Virus record (IMG/VR): IMGVR_UViG_3300037189_019086
Reading direction: 5' to 3' (one strand)
Source of the DNA: an uncultured virus (IMG/VR IMGVR_UViG_3300037189_019086)
Lineage: Duplodnaviria > Heunggongvirae > Uroviricota > Caudoviricetes
DNA: 64,000 bases
Shown here in pieces: positions 9,516-17,437 of this stretch. The stretch's first letter is position 1. Every line of letters starts with the position of its first letter. Below the pieces are notes generated by a model that made no database searches, was not told the DNA's origin, and was given only the letters and a program-made list of their open reading frames with translations. Made by a program: the position numbers and the translations under genes.

Positions 9516-10391
9516 TCACGCTCCCGCAGGCCGTAAGCCCAGGTACACCGGGTGGCGCGGCTTGTCTTTCACGCCGACGGGGAAGGACTTGTACTTGATG
9601 GTCGAGCCAATGCAGCCGTCCTGCTTCCAAAAGTAGTGCCGGTCTTCGGCAGTGAACCCGGTGCCGATGTTGAACTCGACGCCGGTCTTCACGTCGCGCA
9701 CGACAAGCGCGCCCATCGTGCCCTTGCCGACCAGTCCGGCCTTGGCCGTGCTGCGCTTCGTGCGGCCCAGCTCGTTGGTCTGCGCCTCGTTGCCGTTGAA
9801 CATCTCTTCTTCGATGCCGATGACCACAGCCTCGCTATCCTCGAAACGCTTGACCTTGAGCAGCTCACCGCCCTTGGTCGTAGCGCGGCCGAACTTGTAC
9901 TGGGCGTTCGGATCGGCCAGCATGACGCCCTCGTAGCCGAGGTTGACTTGCTGCGCCTCGTAGGCGTCCAGCTCGTCGCGGCTGCGCAGCAGTGTGTGGC
10001 CGATGTAGCGAATATCGGCAAACGGCTGAACTGCGGATGACACCCAGGTGATCCGTTCTGCGAACGGCCCAGGCCGGTCCCACTGGTCGAACACGTAGTA
10101 GGTGGCCCGGGGCTCGCCTTCGTGGCCCATCACGCCGGACACGGTGTTGCGGTACACGTCGTGATCAGTGGGCTCGCCGACGATCAGCTCGCCGTCCAGG
10201 CCCTCCAGCATCGCCACGCTGAGCTTGTTGAACAGGTAGCGGTTCGGCACCTCCTTGAGCGTGCGCGTCAGCAGCTTGTTGCCGACCACGCTGGCGCGGA
10301 TGCCGTCGAGCTTGGGCGAGCCGTAGATGGGGAAGCGGACGTTGTCCAGGTCAGCCGGCGATGCCAGCATGGGCTTGAAGGTCTTGCTCAC
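9516..10391 (-). CDS. lig: ATP-dependent DNA ligase
   Basis: SPKLDGIR (KxDG adenylation motif), LDGEL, YVFD, EGVML, LLKVKRFED, OB-fold GTGF. Confidence 0.93.
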   Translation of the reverse strand: MSKTFKPMLASPADLDNVRFPIYGSPKLDGIRASVVGNKLLTRTLKEVPNRYLFNKLSVAMLEGLDGELIVGEPTDHDVYRNTVSGVMGHEGEPRATYYVFDQWDRPGPFAERITWVSSAVQPFADIRYIGHTLLRSRDELDAYEAQQVNLGYEGVMLADPNAQYKFGRATTKGGELLKVKRFEDSEAVVIGIEEEMFNGNEAQTNELGRTKRSTAKAGLVGKGTMGALVVRDVKTGVEFNIGTGFTAEDRHYFWKQDGCIGSTIKYKSFPVGVKDKPRHPVYLGLRPAGA

Positions 10392-10672
10392 GGCGTGAAG
10401 TCCAGGCTGAACGAGCCGTTGTTGATGATCCCGCGCACCTTGCTTTCCAGATCGTCGTCATCCGAGCGGTCCTTCAGTTCGTCCTCGATGTGATCGACGA
10501 CGGTGGACGGGTTGTTGGCGATGACTTCGAGCACACGGTCCTCGAAGCCGTTGACCTCTTCGAGCTTCTTCTCCAGCTCGGCGATGCGGGCTTCGAGAGG
10601 TGCGCTGATCTGGATGGCGAACTGATGGACGAACGCCTCGAACATGACGAGAGCGGGTGTGGGATCACTCAT
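10388..10672 (-). CDS. Hypothetical coiled-coil protein
   Basis: MSDPTPAL start overlaps the integrase stop; acidic coiled coil. Confidence 0.6.
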   Translation of the reverse strand: MSDPTPALVMFEAFVHQFAIQISAPLEARIAELEKKLEEVNGFEDRVLEVIANNPSTVVDHIEDELKDRSDDDDLESKVRGIINNGSFSLDFTP

Positions 10673-11658
10673 GGTTTCTTTCTGCTGTTGTCTGCGAACC
10701 CAGCCAGATGGCTGGGAGCGTGGTGGGCGTAGTTCATGACCATGCGAAGGTCTGACCACGCCCCGAGCTTCTGCAACACGTCCAGCGGCGTGCCGTTCTG
10801 GACGTGCCAGGTGGCCCACGTGTGGCGCAAGCCGTGCCACGTGAAGCCGACGTAGCTGCCGTCCTCGTAGCGGCCCAGGCCGGCTCGGATACAGGCCGCC
10901 ATGAACGCCGTCTTGACCGAGACGATGGGTTGGCCCCGGTAGAGGAACACCGCGCCCTCGCGGTGCGGCAGCGGCGTCAGTAGATTGACCGCGTCTATCG
11001 ACAGCGGCACGCTGATAGCCTCAGCGCCCTTGGCGTCTTCGGCCTCGATCCAGACTAGCCGGCGGTCGAGGTCGACCCGGTCCCAGGTCAGGCCCAGCAC
11101 GTTGGCCCTGCGCAGCCCCGTAGCGAGCGCAAACGCTGCCGGGGCACGGAGGTGGCTGGGCAGCTCCAGATAGAGCTTCTGCCACTGCTCCAGGGTCAAC
11201 CAGTCACGGGGCTTGGCGGCCTTCTTGACACGCCACACGTGCAGCTTGGGCGCCTCGCGCAGCCAGCCACGGCCGACGGCCAGCGCCAGGATGGCAGCCA
11301 GCATCGTGCGGTAGCGGGTGTAGGTGCCTGGAGTGCGGCAGAACGCACGCAGTCGAGCGTCGATGGCGTCTGCCGTCAAATCCGTCAGCTTGCGGTCAGG
11401 AAAGCCGCGGCCGAACTTGGCCAAGCTCAGCAGCTCTGACTCAGATCGAAGTTCGACATCGCACCACGCGGCTACGGCCTTGCCCCAGGTCAGCCCGGCG
11501 ATCTTGGGCTGCGCCTTCCAGAGGTCGGCCTTGACTTCGTCGTGGATGCGCTGCGCCGCGACGCGATCAGTCTCTCCAGATGACCGACGTACCCGCTGGC
11601 CGGCATGAGCGATGTTGATCCACCAGAACTCACTGCCGGGGCGCTTGTAGAGTGACAT
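10669..11658 (-). CDS. int: Tyrosine integrase
   Basis: TGLRRAN (catalytic R), HGLRHTWA (HxxR), LGAW...MNYAH (catalytic Y); N-terminal arm-binding beta domain. Confidence 0.93.
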   Translation of the reverse strand: MSLYKRPGSEFWWINIAHAGQRVRRSSGETDRVAAQRIHDEVKADLWKAQPKIAGLTWGKAVAAWCDVELRSESELLSLAKFGRGFPDRKLTDLTADAIDARLRAFCRTPGTYTRYRTMLAAILALAVGRGWLREAPKLHVWRVKKAAKPRDWLTLEQWQKLYLELPSHLRAPAAFALATGLRRANVLGLTWDRVDLDRRLVWIEAEDAKGAEAISVPLSIDAVNLLTPLPHREGAVFLYRGQPIVSVKTAFMAACIRAGLGRYEDGSYVGFTWHGLRHTWATWHVQNGTPLDVLQKLGAWSDLRMVMNYAHHAPSHLAGFADNSRKKP

Positions 11659-11843
11659 GGGTCTGCCTTGTAGTGCCCACGCAAGTGAGCGATCAGGTCA
11701 ACCTCCAGGAACACCCACGCACGACCGAGCTTGGCGCCCGGTATCTGCCCGGTGCGCGCACGCTCCTGAAGTGTGTTCTTGTGGATCTTCAGCAGCGCCG
11801 CGGCCTCTTCAAGGCCGAGCGTGCTGGCAGTCGGTTTGTCCAT
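11490..11843 (-). CDS. Excisionase-like HTH protein (3' end overlaps int)
   Basis: LGLEEAAALLKIHKNTLQERARTGQIPGAKLGRAWVF is a typical Xis/HTH_17 pattern. Confidence 0.8.
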   Translation of the reverse strand: MDKPTASTLGLEEAAALLKIHKNTLQERARTGQIPGAKLGRAWVFLEVDLIAHLRGHYKADPCHSTSAPAVSSGGSTSLMPASGYVGHLERLIASRRSASTTKSRPTSGRRSPRSPG

Positions 11844-11885
11844 CAACGATGACTCATTGATTGGCGCCCTCGCGCCGGTGGCGGA

Positions 11886-12110
11886 TCACTTCGCGGCGGA
11901 CTCGTGGCCGGTCAGCTTGTTGAGAAACACGATCAGCGCGCTGCGCGTCGCGTCCACCTCGACCTCGTCGGTGCTGATCTTGATCAGCCCTTCCTTCTTC
12001 AGCCGGGTGCGGGCCTTCGAAGCGTCGCTGGCGCTGGAAGCGAACTCGTGGAACACGCGGTCGTCGGCATCAGGCGACACAAGCGTCGCGGTGGTCTGGT
12101 AGAGCTTCAT
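11886..12110 (-). CDS. Hypothetical protein
   Basis: 74-aa ORF with good codon bias. Confidence 0.6.
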   Translation of the reverse strand: MKLYQTTATLVSPDADDRVFHEFASSASDASKARTRLKKEGLIKISTDEVEVDATRSALIVFLNKLTGHESAAK

Positions 12111-12202
12111 GGGTGTCGGGGGTCCAGGTTCGGTTGATGTAGCGACCAGGAGGGAAGCCCTTCATGGCCGCGAGGGGGAGGGTGCTCAGGTTGCTGCTGG
12201 AG

Positions 12203-12568
12203 TCAAGCCGCACGACGGCGCCGTCGAATGGGCCGCCCGTCAGGTGGACTTTCAGCCGCTTGTAGGCGCGGTTGATTGGCTTCTTGCGGATGGGCATCTT
12301 CGCGCCCACCTTGCCCGTGTAGATGCAGCTCGTGTTTCGTTGTCTCTTCATGCGCTGTCCTGAAGCGACGAATCTCGTCGAGTGCGTGCTTGACGCTGTG
12401 CTCGTAGCTGGCCGGCGAAGATGGCAGCGACAAGCGTTGATGAATGCCGTTGCCGTGATCCACCGTCGCGTACAGGTGACCGGGCGGCTTGGTCTCGATG
12501 GCCGTGATGACGTAGCCGGCGAGCTTGGCTTTGCGTCTGAACTCACGGACCAACTTGGGGGTGCTCAT
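12203..12568 (-). CDS. Hypothetical protein
   Basis: Start overlaps the upstream stop; 3' boundary uncertain because of an overlapping ORF at 12070-12351. Confidence 0.5.
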   Translation of the reverse strand: MSTPKLVREFRRKAKLAGYVITAIETKPPGHLYATVDHGNGIHQRLSLPSSPASYEHSVKHALDEIRRFRTAHEETTKHELHLHGQGGREDAHPQEANQPRLQAAESPPDGRPIRRRRRAA

Positions 12569-12834
12569 GGCTTGCGTTTCCGAGTCGGCCGCAGCCGACT
12601 CATCATCGTCAGCTTCAGCGCTTGATGGTGGAGGGACGAGCCGCTACGGGCGCGATCAACGACGAACGCTGTGGCCTGCTGAGTGTTCTTGAACCGGCTG
12701 CCGAGAGAACCAGCGCCCATGATCAGTTGGTAGACATGCGTCTGGCCGTTGTCGATGACATCCACCAACTGCCAGCCTTCGGCACGGGCTTGCGCTTCCG
12801 CAGCTTCGGTCCAAGTCATTGGGTCTAGGTTCAA
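12565..12834 (-). CDS. Hypothetical protein
   Basis: 89-aa ORF in operon context. Confidence 0.55.
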   Translation of the reverse strand: MNLDPMTWTEAAEAQARAEGWQLVDVIDNGQTHVYQLIMGAGSLGSRFKNTQQATAFVVDRARSGSSLHHQALKLTMMSRLRPTRKRKP

Positions 12835-12875
12835 TCGAAAATAGAGTAACGGTCAGGCCGAACTTCGGCCGCAGG

Positions 12876-13274
12876 TCAATGCTTCTTGATCGTGATCGTG
12901 AAGGTCGGCAGCGTGATGACCACGCTGTCGCCCTCTTCCGTGATTTCGATGTTGGGCCGGCTCAGCAGCTTGTTGACGCTGGCCTGCTCAGCTTTCACCA
13001 GCGCGTCAGCGAGAGTCGGTTTGGGCGGCGGGGTCTGAGGCTTCCACACGTACATCCAGCGCGCCCGCGTGTTGTCGTCCTTCGGAGCAGGTAGGCGCAG
13101 CACCTTGCCCTTGCGCCACAAGTGTCCGAGATAGTCTGACACGCGGTTGACGCTGGTTGCGTGGGCTCTGATTGAGGCGCGCTCAAACAACGTCGCACAA
13201 TCGAGAGGCTCCTTGGCCTTCTTCAGCTCGGCCTCTAGAGCGCCGAACAGTCCGTCTTCGCCTCGTGCTGGCAT
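12876..13274 (-). CDS. Putative DNA-binding (winged-helix-like) protein
   Basis: VNRVSDYLGHLWRKGKVLR helix-wing-like pattern; strong AGGAGG RBS. Confidence 0.5.
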   Translation of the reverse strand: MPARGEDGLFGALEAELKKAKEPLDCATLFERASIRAHATSVNRVSDYLGHLWRKGKVLRLPAPKDDNTRARWMYVWKPQTPPPKPTLADALVKAEQASVNKLLSRPNIEITEEGDSVVITLPTFTITIKKH

Positions 13275-13461
13275 AGGGCACCTCCTGGGCTGAAGTGTAT
13301 TCAGCCGTCGCGCATGTCGCGAGCACCGAGGCGACGGTCGATGCGACTGACCGTCTGACCTCGGCGCACGCGGCGTGCAAGGTAGATCAGCAGCAGTGTG
13401 GTGCTGGTGATCCGGTAGATCGCTGTGATGACCCTGGCGGTAGTGAAGAGAGGTTGGAGGT

Positions 13462-13899
13462 TCATGTGAGGACGTGGTCCTTGATGCGGTCGGCGATCTG
13501 CTTGCGGGTCAACAAGCTGTCACGGAATTCACCGGCGGTGATCTTTGCTTTCCACTCCAACGGGTTCGTGAAGATCACGCCGCCGTCCTTGCAGCCGACG
13601 ACCACCCACACGTCGCGTCCGTTGAAGTACCGCCGGCGCCCCCAGTCCTGCTGAAGCGCGCTCAGCGGCGACTCCATCTTCTTGCCGCGAGGCGTCACGA
13701 GGTCGATGATCGTGCCCGGCCGCTTGGGCACCTCGATGAACTTCCACTCGATCCAAAGGTCGGCTTTGGGGCCGTCGTACCAGTGGTCGAACGTGCCGCC
13801 TCGGTACGGGTTGGCCATCTTCTCGCGGTGCAGCACCGACTCAGGCGGGAGGTGCTTGTGGACGCTGGTGTAAAACGTGGTCTCAGGCTTGCTTGCCAC
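13462..13899 (-). CDS. VRR-NUC / resolvase-like PD-(D/E)XK nuclease
   Basis: E..F, GTFD, LWIEWK, LSALQQDW motifs. Confidence 0.75.
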   Translation of the reverse strand: MASKPETTFYTSVHKHLPPESVLHREKMANPYRGGTFDHWYDGPKADLWIEWKFIEVPKRPGTIIDLVTPRGKKMESPLSALQQDWGRRRYFNGRDVWVVVGCKDGGVIFTNPLEWKAKITAGEFRDSLLTRKQIADRIKDHVLT

Positions 13900-14281
13900 G
13901 GCGTTCCAGCTCGATCAACAGATCGACCTCGTGCTTGATCTTCTCCAGGTCTTGCACTCCGTCTTTGGCCCGCCAGCGGCAGATGCGCTTGACGATGCAG
14001 CCTTCGAGAAAGCCGAGCTTGTTGGCGTGGATGAACTCGACCGGCTGGATCTTCATGTCCTTGTAGTGGCCGCCGGCCACCTGGACATCGAGCGCGCTGC
14101 TCGGCGCTGCTTCCTTCAGCGGCCAGCCGCCACGAAAGCCGTCGCAAGCAAGGTAAGTGCGGGTGTGGGAAGTGCAGCACTTGGCGCAATACGCCATCTC
14201 GTCGCGGTTGAACTCGTCGCCTGGGCGAGTGACAAACCCGTGTATCGGCGTGAAGCCGCTCGTGTCGACTTGGAGCATCAC
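13883..14281 (-). CDS. DUF3310-like (T7 gp1.7-related) protein
   Basis: QVAGGHYK...IQPVEFI...GFLEGCIVK...KDGVQDLEK. Confidence 0.8.
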   Translation of the reverse strand: MMLQVDTSGFTPIHGFVTRPGDEFNRDEMAYCAKCCTSHTRTYLACDGFRGGWPLKEAAPSSALDVQVAGGHYKDMKIQPVEFIHANKLGFLEGCIVKRICRWRAKDGVQDLEKIKHEVDLLIELERRGKQA

Positions 14282-14805
14282 GCCGCCACCTTCATCGCCG
14301 CATGGACGGCCTGCACATACTTCGCTTGGTTGATGGCGTCGCGCAGGGCGTGGTGGTCGTTGGCCGGCTTCGGCACACGGTCAGCACACGGCAGCGAGCG
14401 GTAGGTCCGCACGCAGCGGCTGTTGTAGAACTCCCACGGGGCGTCCCAGCCGAACTTGCTGTACGCGTGCTCCATCATCGGGATGTCGAACGACGCGCCG
14501 TTGCTCCACACGTACCGCTTGTTGTGCCCGAACCAGTCGCTGAGACTGGCGAGCGCCGCTTCCAGCGACTGCTTGGGCTCATGGAAGACCTGCTGTGCGT
14601 CCTTCGACTGCTTGAGCCACCACAGCAGCGTGGCTTCGCTGATGGTGCGCCCCGCGTCGAGGTTGCTGTCGATGGACACGCTGGCGTAGAACCCGGCGTC
14701 GTCGATCTTGTCGCTGTCCAGGTCGAACTTGACGGCTCCGACGGACAAGATCACCGCGTCTGCGGTAATGCCCAGCGTTTCCAGATCGATCATCACATGC
14801 TTCAT
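14278..14805 (-). CDS. DEDDh 3'-5' exonuclease
   Basis: MIDLETLG, WSNGASFD, HHALRDA motifs. Confidence 0.88.
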   Translation of the reverse strand: MKHVMIDLETLGITADAVILSVGAVKFDLDSDKIDDAGFYASVSIDSNLDAGRTISEATLLWWLKQSKDAQQVFHEPKQSLEAALASLSDWFGHNKRYVWSNGASFDIPMMEHAYSKFGWDAPWEFYNSRCVRTYRSLPCADRVPKPANDHHALRDAINQAKYVQAVHAAMKVAA

Positions 14806-14875
14806 GTACGTTGTGCAAGAGAGGGTAGAAGAGGCGCCCCGTGGGCGCTTGGTGGTGCCCACGGGACGCAGCCGA

Positions 14876-15202
14876 TCAGGCTTCGGCGGTGTCGAGCGCA
14901 GCCAGCTCGGCCTCGGCCTTGGTGCCGGCCTTGGCGGCGGCGGCCTTGGCCTTCTCGGCGCCCTTCTTGATGCCGTCCAGCACCTTGCCGGCGGCCTTCA
15001 CCGCGGCGTCGTGCGCCTTCTGGGCGTCGGCCAGCACCTTCGCAGCGGCCTTGACGGCCTTGGCGTGCTCGGCCTCGGCCGCCTTCAGCGCCTTGTCGGC
15101 GTCCTTGACGGCGCCGAGGTGACCGGCGATGTCCTTCTTCAGGGCGGCCTTGGCGGTGCGCAGCTCACCGGCGCTCATGATCTTGCTTTGGGGACGTGCC
15201 AT
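14876..15202 (-). CDS. Ala/Lys-rich histone-like or coiled-coil protein
   Basis: Very high A/K content; AAGGAG RBS. Confidence 0.65.
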   Translation of the reverse strand: MARPQSKIMSAGELRTAKAALKKDIAGHLGAVKDADKALKAAEAEHAKAVKAAAKVLADAQKAHDAAVKAAGKVLDGIKKGAEKAKAAAAKAGTKAEAELAALDTAEA

Positions 15203-15413
15203 GGAATTTCTCCTTGAGTTGGCGGGTGTAGCGCAGCTCGTTGAATCGAGCTGCTCGGGAAATCAGCCGGTTGATCACCGACCGACGGCGAAGGCTGCCT
15301 GCCTCGACAGTGAGGCAGTGCAGCACCTCTTCTTCAGTCAGCTCGGGCAGCACGTCCATGAGCGTGCGGAACGACCCGAGCGCCTGCGAGACGTGCCACT
15401 GGCGAACCGACAT
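15165..15413 (-). CDS. Hypothetical protein
   Basis: 82-aa ORF in operon context. Confidence 0.6.
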   Translation of the reverse strand: MSVRQWHVSQALGSFRTLMDVLPELTEEEVLHCLTVEAGSLRRRSVINRLISRAARFNELRYTRQLKEKFHGTSPKQDHERR

Positions 15414-15416
15414 GGG

Positions 15417-16211
15417 TCAGCGACGGGCCTGCTTCTTGGCCGGCCGGGTGGCCGGGGCCTGGTAGTTCGACACGTCGGGCTCGACCATCAGCAGGTCGCG
15501 TGCCTCGCCCTGGCGGTTGTAGGCCACCTCCAGGTTCTCGTTGGGCGTCGCGTTCGAGAACTGGAACTGCGGGAAGTCCACGGCCTCGTTCAACTCGACC
15601 GTGGTGACGACGCCGACCGGCGGGACACCAAAAGTGCGGGCCACCGACGCCACGTAGCCGTCGAAGTTCTTCAGGGCCGTGGGCGACACGTTCAGGGTCC
15701 ACATGTCGGTGTTCTCGTTGGCGTCGGGCGGCAGCACCGCCAGCCTGCGGCCGTTCTTGCACGCCTTGCCCTTGCCGTCGCTGCCGAACTGGTTCATCGG
15801 GCAGGACTGGCAGTCCTTGGCCTGCGGGTTCGGCGAGTTCGGCGACGGCACCATGTTCTTCGGGTCGGTGCCGATGGCGAAGCAGTCGGGCGGGACGATG
15901 TTGTCCTTGTCGAAGCGGCCGGCGTAGAAGCTGTGCGTGGTCACGAAGTCCACGACCACGAGGTTCAGCGCGCCTTCGACCTTGGTGCCGTCGGGCAGGC
16001 TGATCTTCTTGTCCTGGCTGACCCGGATGGTGTTGCCGGTGGCCGGGGCGATGCGGCCGGCGAGACCGGCGACCTGGGCCTTGAGGGCTTCCTGGATCGA
16101 CACGATGTTGCCGGCCGGCTTCTTGACGGCGACGGCGGTGGAGGCTGCGGTGGGCGTCTTCTTGAGCGCCGCGGTCTTGGCAGGGGCTTTGGTGGCCATG
16201 GTTGCTTTCAT
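15417..16211 (-). CDS. Putative single-stranded DNA-binding/annealing protein with Cys cluster
   Basis: PDCFA...CQSCPMNQFGS..GKGKACKN pattern typical of PolA-linked phage replication genes. Confidence 0.6.
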   Translation of the reverse strand: MKATMATKAPAKTAALKKTPTAASTAVAVKKPAGNIVSIQEALKAQVAGLAGRIAPATGNTIRVSQDKKISLPDGTKVEGALNLVVVDFVTTHSFYAGRFDKDNIVPPDCFAIGTDPKNMVPSPNSPNPQAKDCQSCPMNQFGSDGKGKACKNGRRLAVLPPDANENTDMWTLNVSPTALKNFDGYVASVARTFGVPPVGVVTTVELNEAVDFPQFQFSNATPNENLEVAYNRQGEARDLLMVEPDVSNYQAPATRPAKKQARR

Positions 16212-16621
16212 GCGCCCGAGAGGACGCGGAGGTTGAGGCGGACCTTGTCGAACGTGGTCACGCCGGGGATGGACCCTTTGGACGCCATGAGTTCCCGGAT
16301 GGCCGGGTCACTCAGGCGCCGCTGCATGAGGTGGAAGTAGCCGGTCTTCTTGACGTACGCGAAGAACTTGTCCGCGTCGACCAGATTGCCGACCGTCGTG
16401 GTGCTGACGGACACCGAGGCGCGCTTCCCAGCGCCCTTGTCGGTGCCCTCGGCCTTCAGCTTGGCCAGCAGGGCGTCTTCGATTTCGCTGTACTCGGACT
16501 CGATGTCCTTGATCTGCTTCTCCAGCTCCTGCTTACGCTGGCGCAGGGTGAACAGGTCGTCGATGGCAGGACCGATGCCCTTGATCTTGCGCAGCGGTTT
16601 GGCTGCTTCGGTCGTCGTCAC
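16208..16621 (-). CDS. Conserved replication-module hypothetical protein
   Basis: GTG start at 16621; coiled-coil N-half; C-terminal IPGV. Confidence 0.65.
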   Translation of the reverse strand: MTTTEAAKPLRKIKGIGPAIDDLFTLRQRKQELEKQIKDIESEYSEIEDALLAKLKAEGTDKGAGKRASVSVSTTTVGNLVDADKFFAYVKKTGYFHLMQRRLSDPAIRELMASKGSIPGVTTFDKVRLNLRVLSGA

Positions 16622-16689
16622 AGTGGTTGACCTACTTGGATCGAAGTTGGATCGTACTACGAAACATGCACAAAGCATTGCACTAAGTG

Positions 16690-17007
16690 CTACGTGTGCA
16701 CGCTCCACCCGTGGCCGGACTCGGTGCCGATCCCGACGGTGAACGCCGGCCCAGAGCCGTCGAGCGCCTGACCGGGACCGGAGTAGATGAGTCCGCCGTT
16801 GAACCAGAACTGCGCGCCGTGGCGCTTCATGGCGAACGCGAAGCTGTGCGGTGCATGGTCCTGGTACAGATGACAGGTGGTCGCCTGATCGCTGTAGTGG
16901 CCCAGGTAGTCCAGGCGTTCCATCAGCTTGTCGTAGCACTTGTTCGCCACAGCGAACTCGACCACACGAGCGAAGTGCTCGGGGTCTTCGATCTTGAGAG
17001 CCATCAC
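16690..17007 (-). CDS. DUF4120-like protein
   Basis: DHAPHSFAF...GGLIY...GWSVHT C-terminus. Confidence 0.65.
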   Translation of the reverse strand: MMALKIEDPEHFARVVEFAVANKCYDKLMERLDYLGHYSDQATTCHLYQDHAPHSFAFAMKRHGAQFWFNGGLIYSGPGQALDGSGPAFTVGIGTESGHGWSVHT

Positions 17008-17437
17008 ATCTCCTGAAGGGAAAGTGAAACAAGGTAAACCAGCGCCGCGTCAAGCGCCACTTCGGGGGTAGGGCCGTAGGTCCAGACAGGCTGGCGCCAG
17101 AAAGTGCCGCCAGTGCGCTTCATTTCGAGCTTCACACCCCAGCGGTCAGGGTTGCGTTCGAGGTGCCGCAGCATGACGAACTGAGGTTGCGCTCGAACCG
17201 GATGGTCAGGACATTCAGTCACTGATCAGCGCCTTGTGGAACTTGTCCACTTCGATCAGCTCGCGCTTGATCTTGAGCGCGTGTTGAAAAGCCGAAGCGA
17301 AGTTGGCGTGCAAGTCATCGACTTCAAAGCTCTGCGAATACTCGTTCTTGTCGCCATGCACCACCGTGATCCGTGAGCAGCCCATGTGAACCATGGTTGT
17401 GATGTGCAGCCACGGGCACAGCGCGCCGAACATCAAA

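Noticed and set aside
15222..15262. tRNA-like 5' start (GCGGGTGTAGCGCAGCTCG) on the + strand
   Set aside because: No T arm or matching acceptor 3' strand follows; it is the antisense of a coding region
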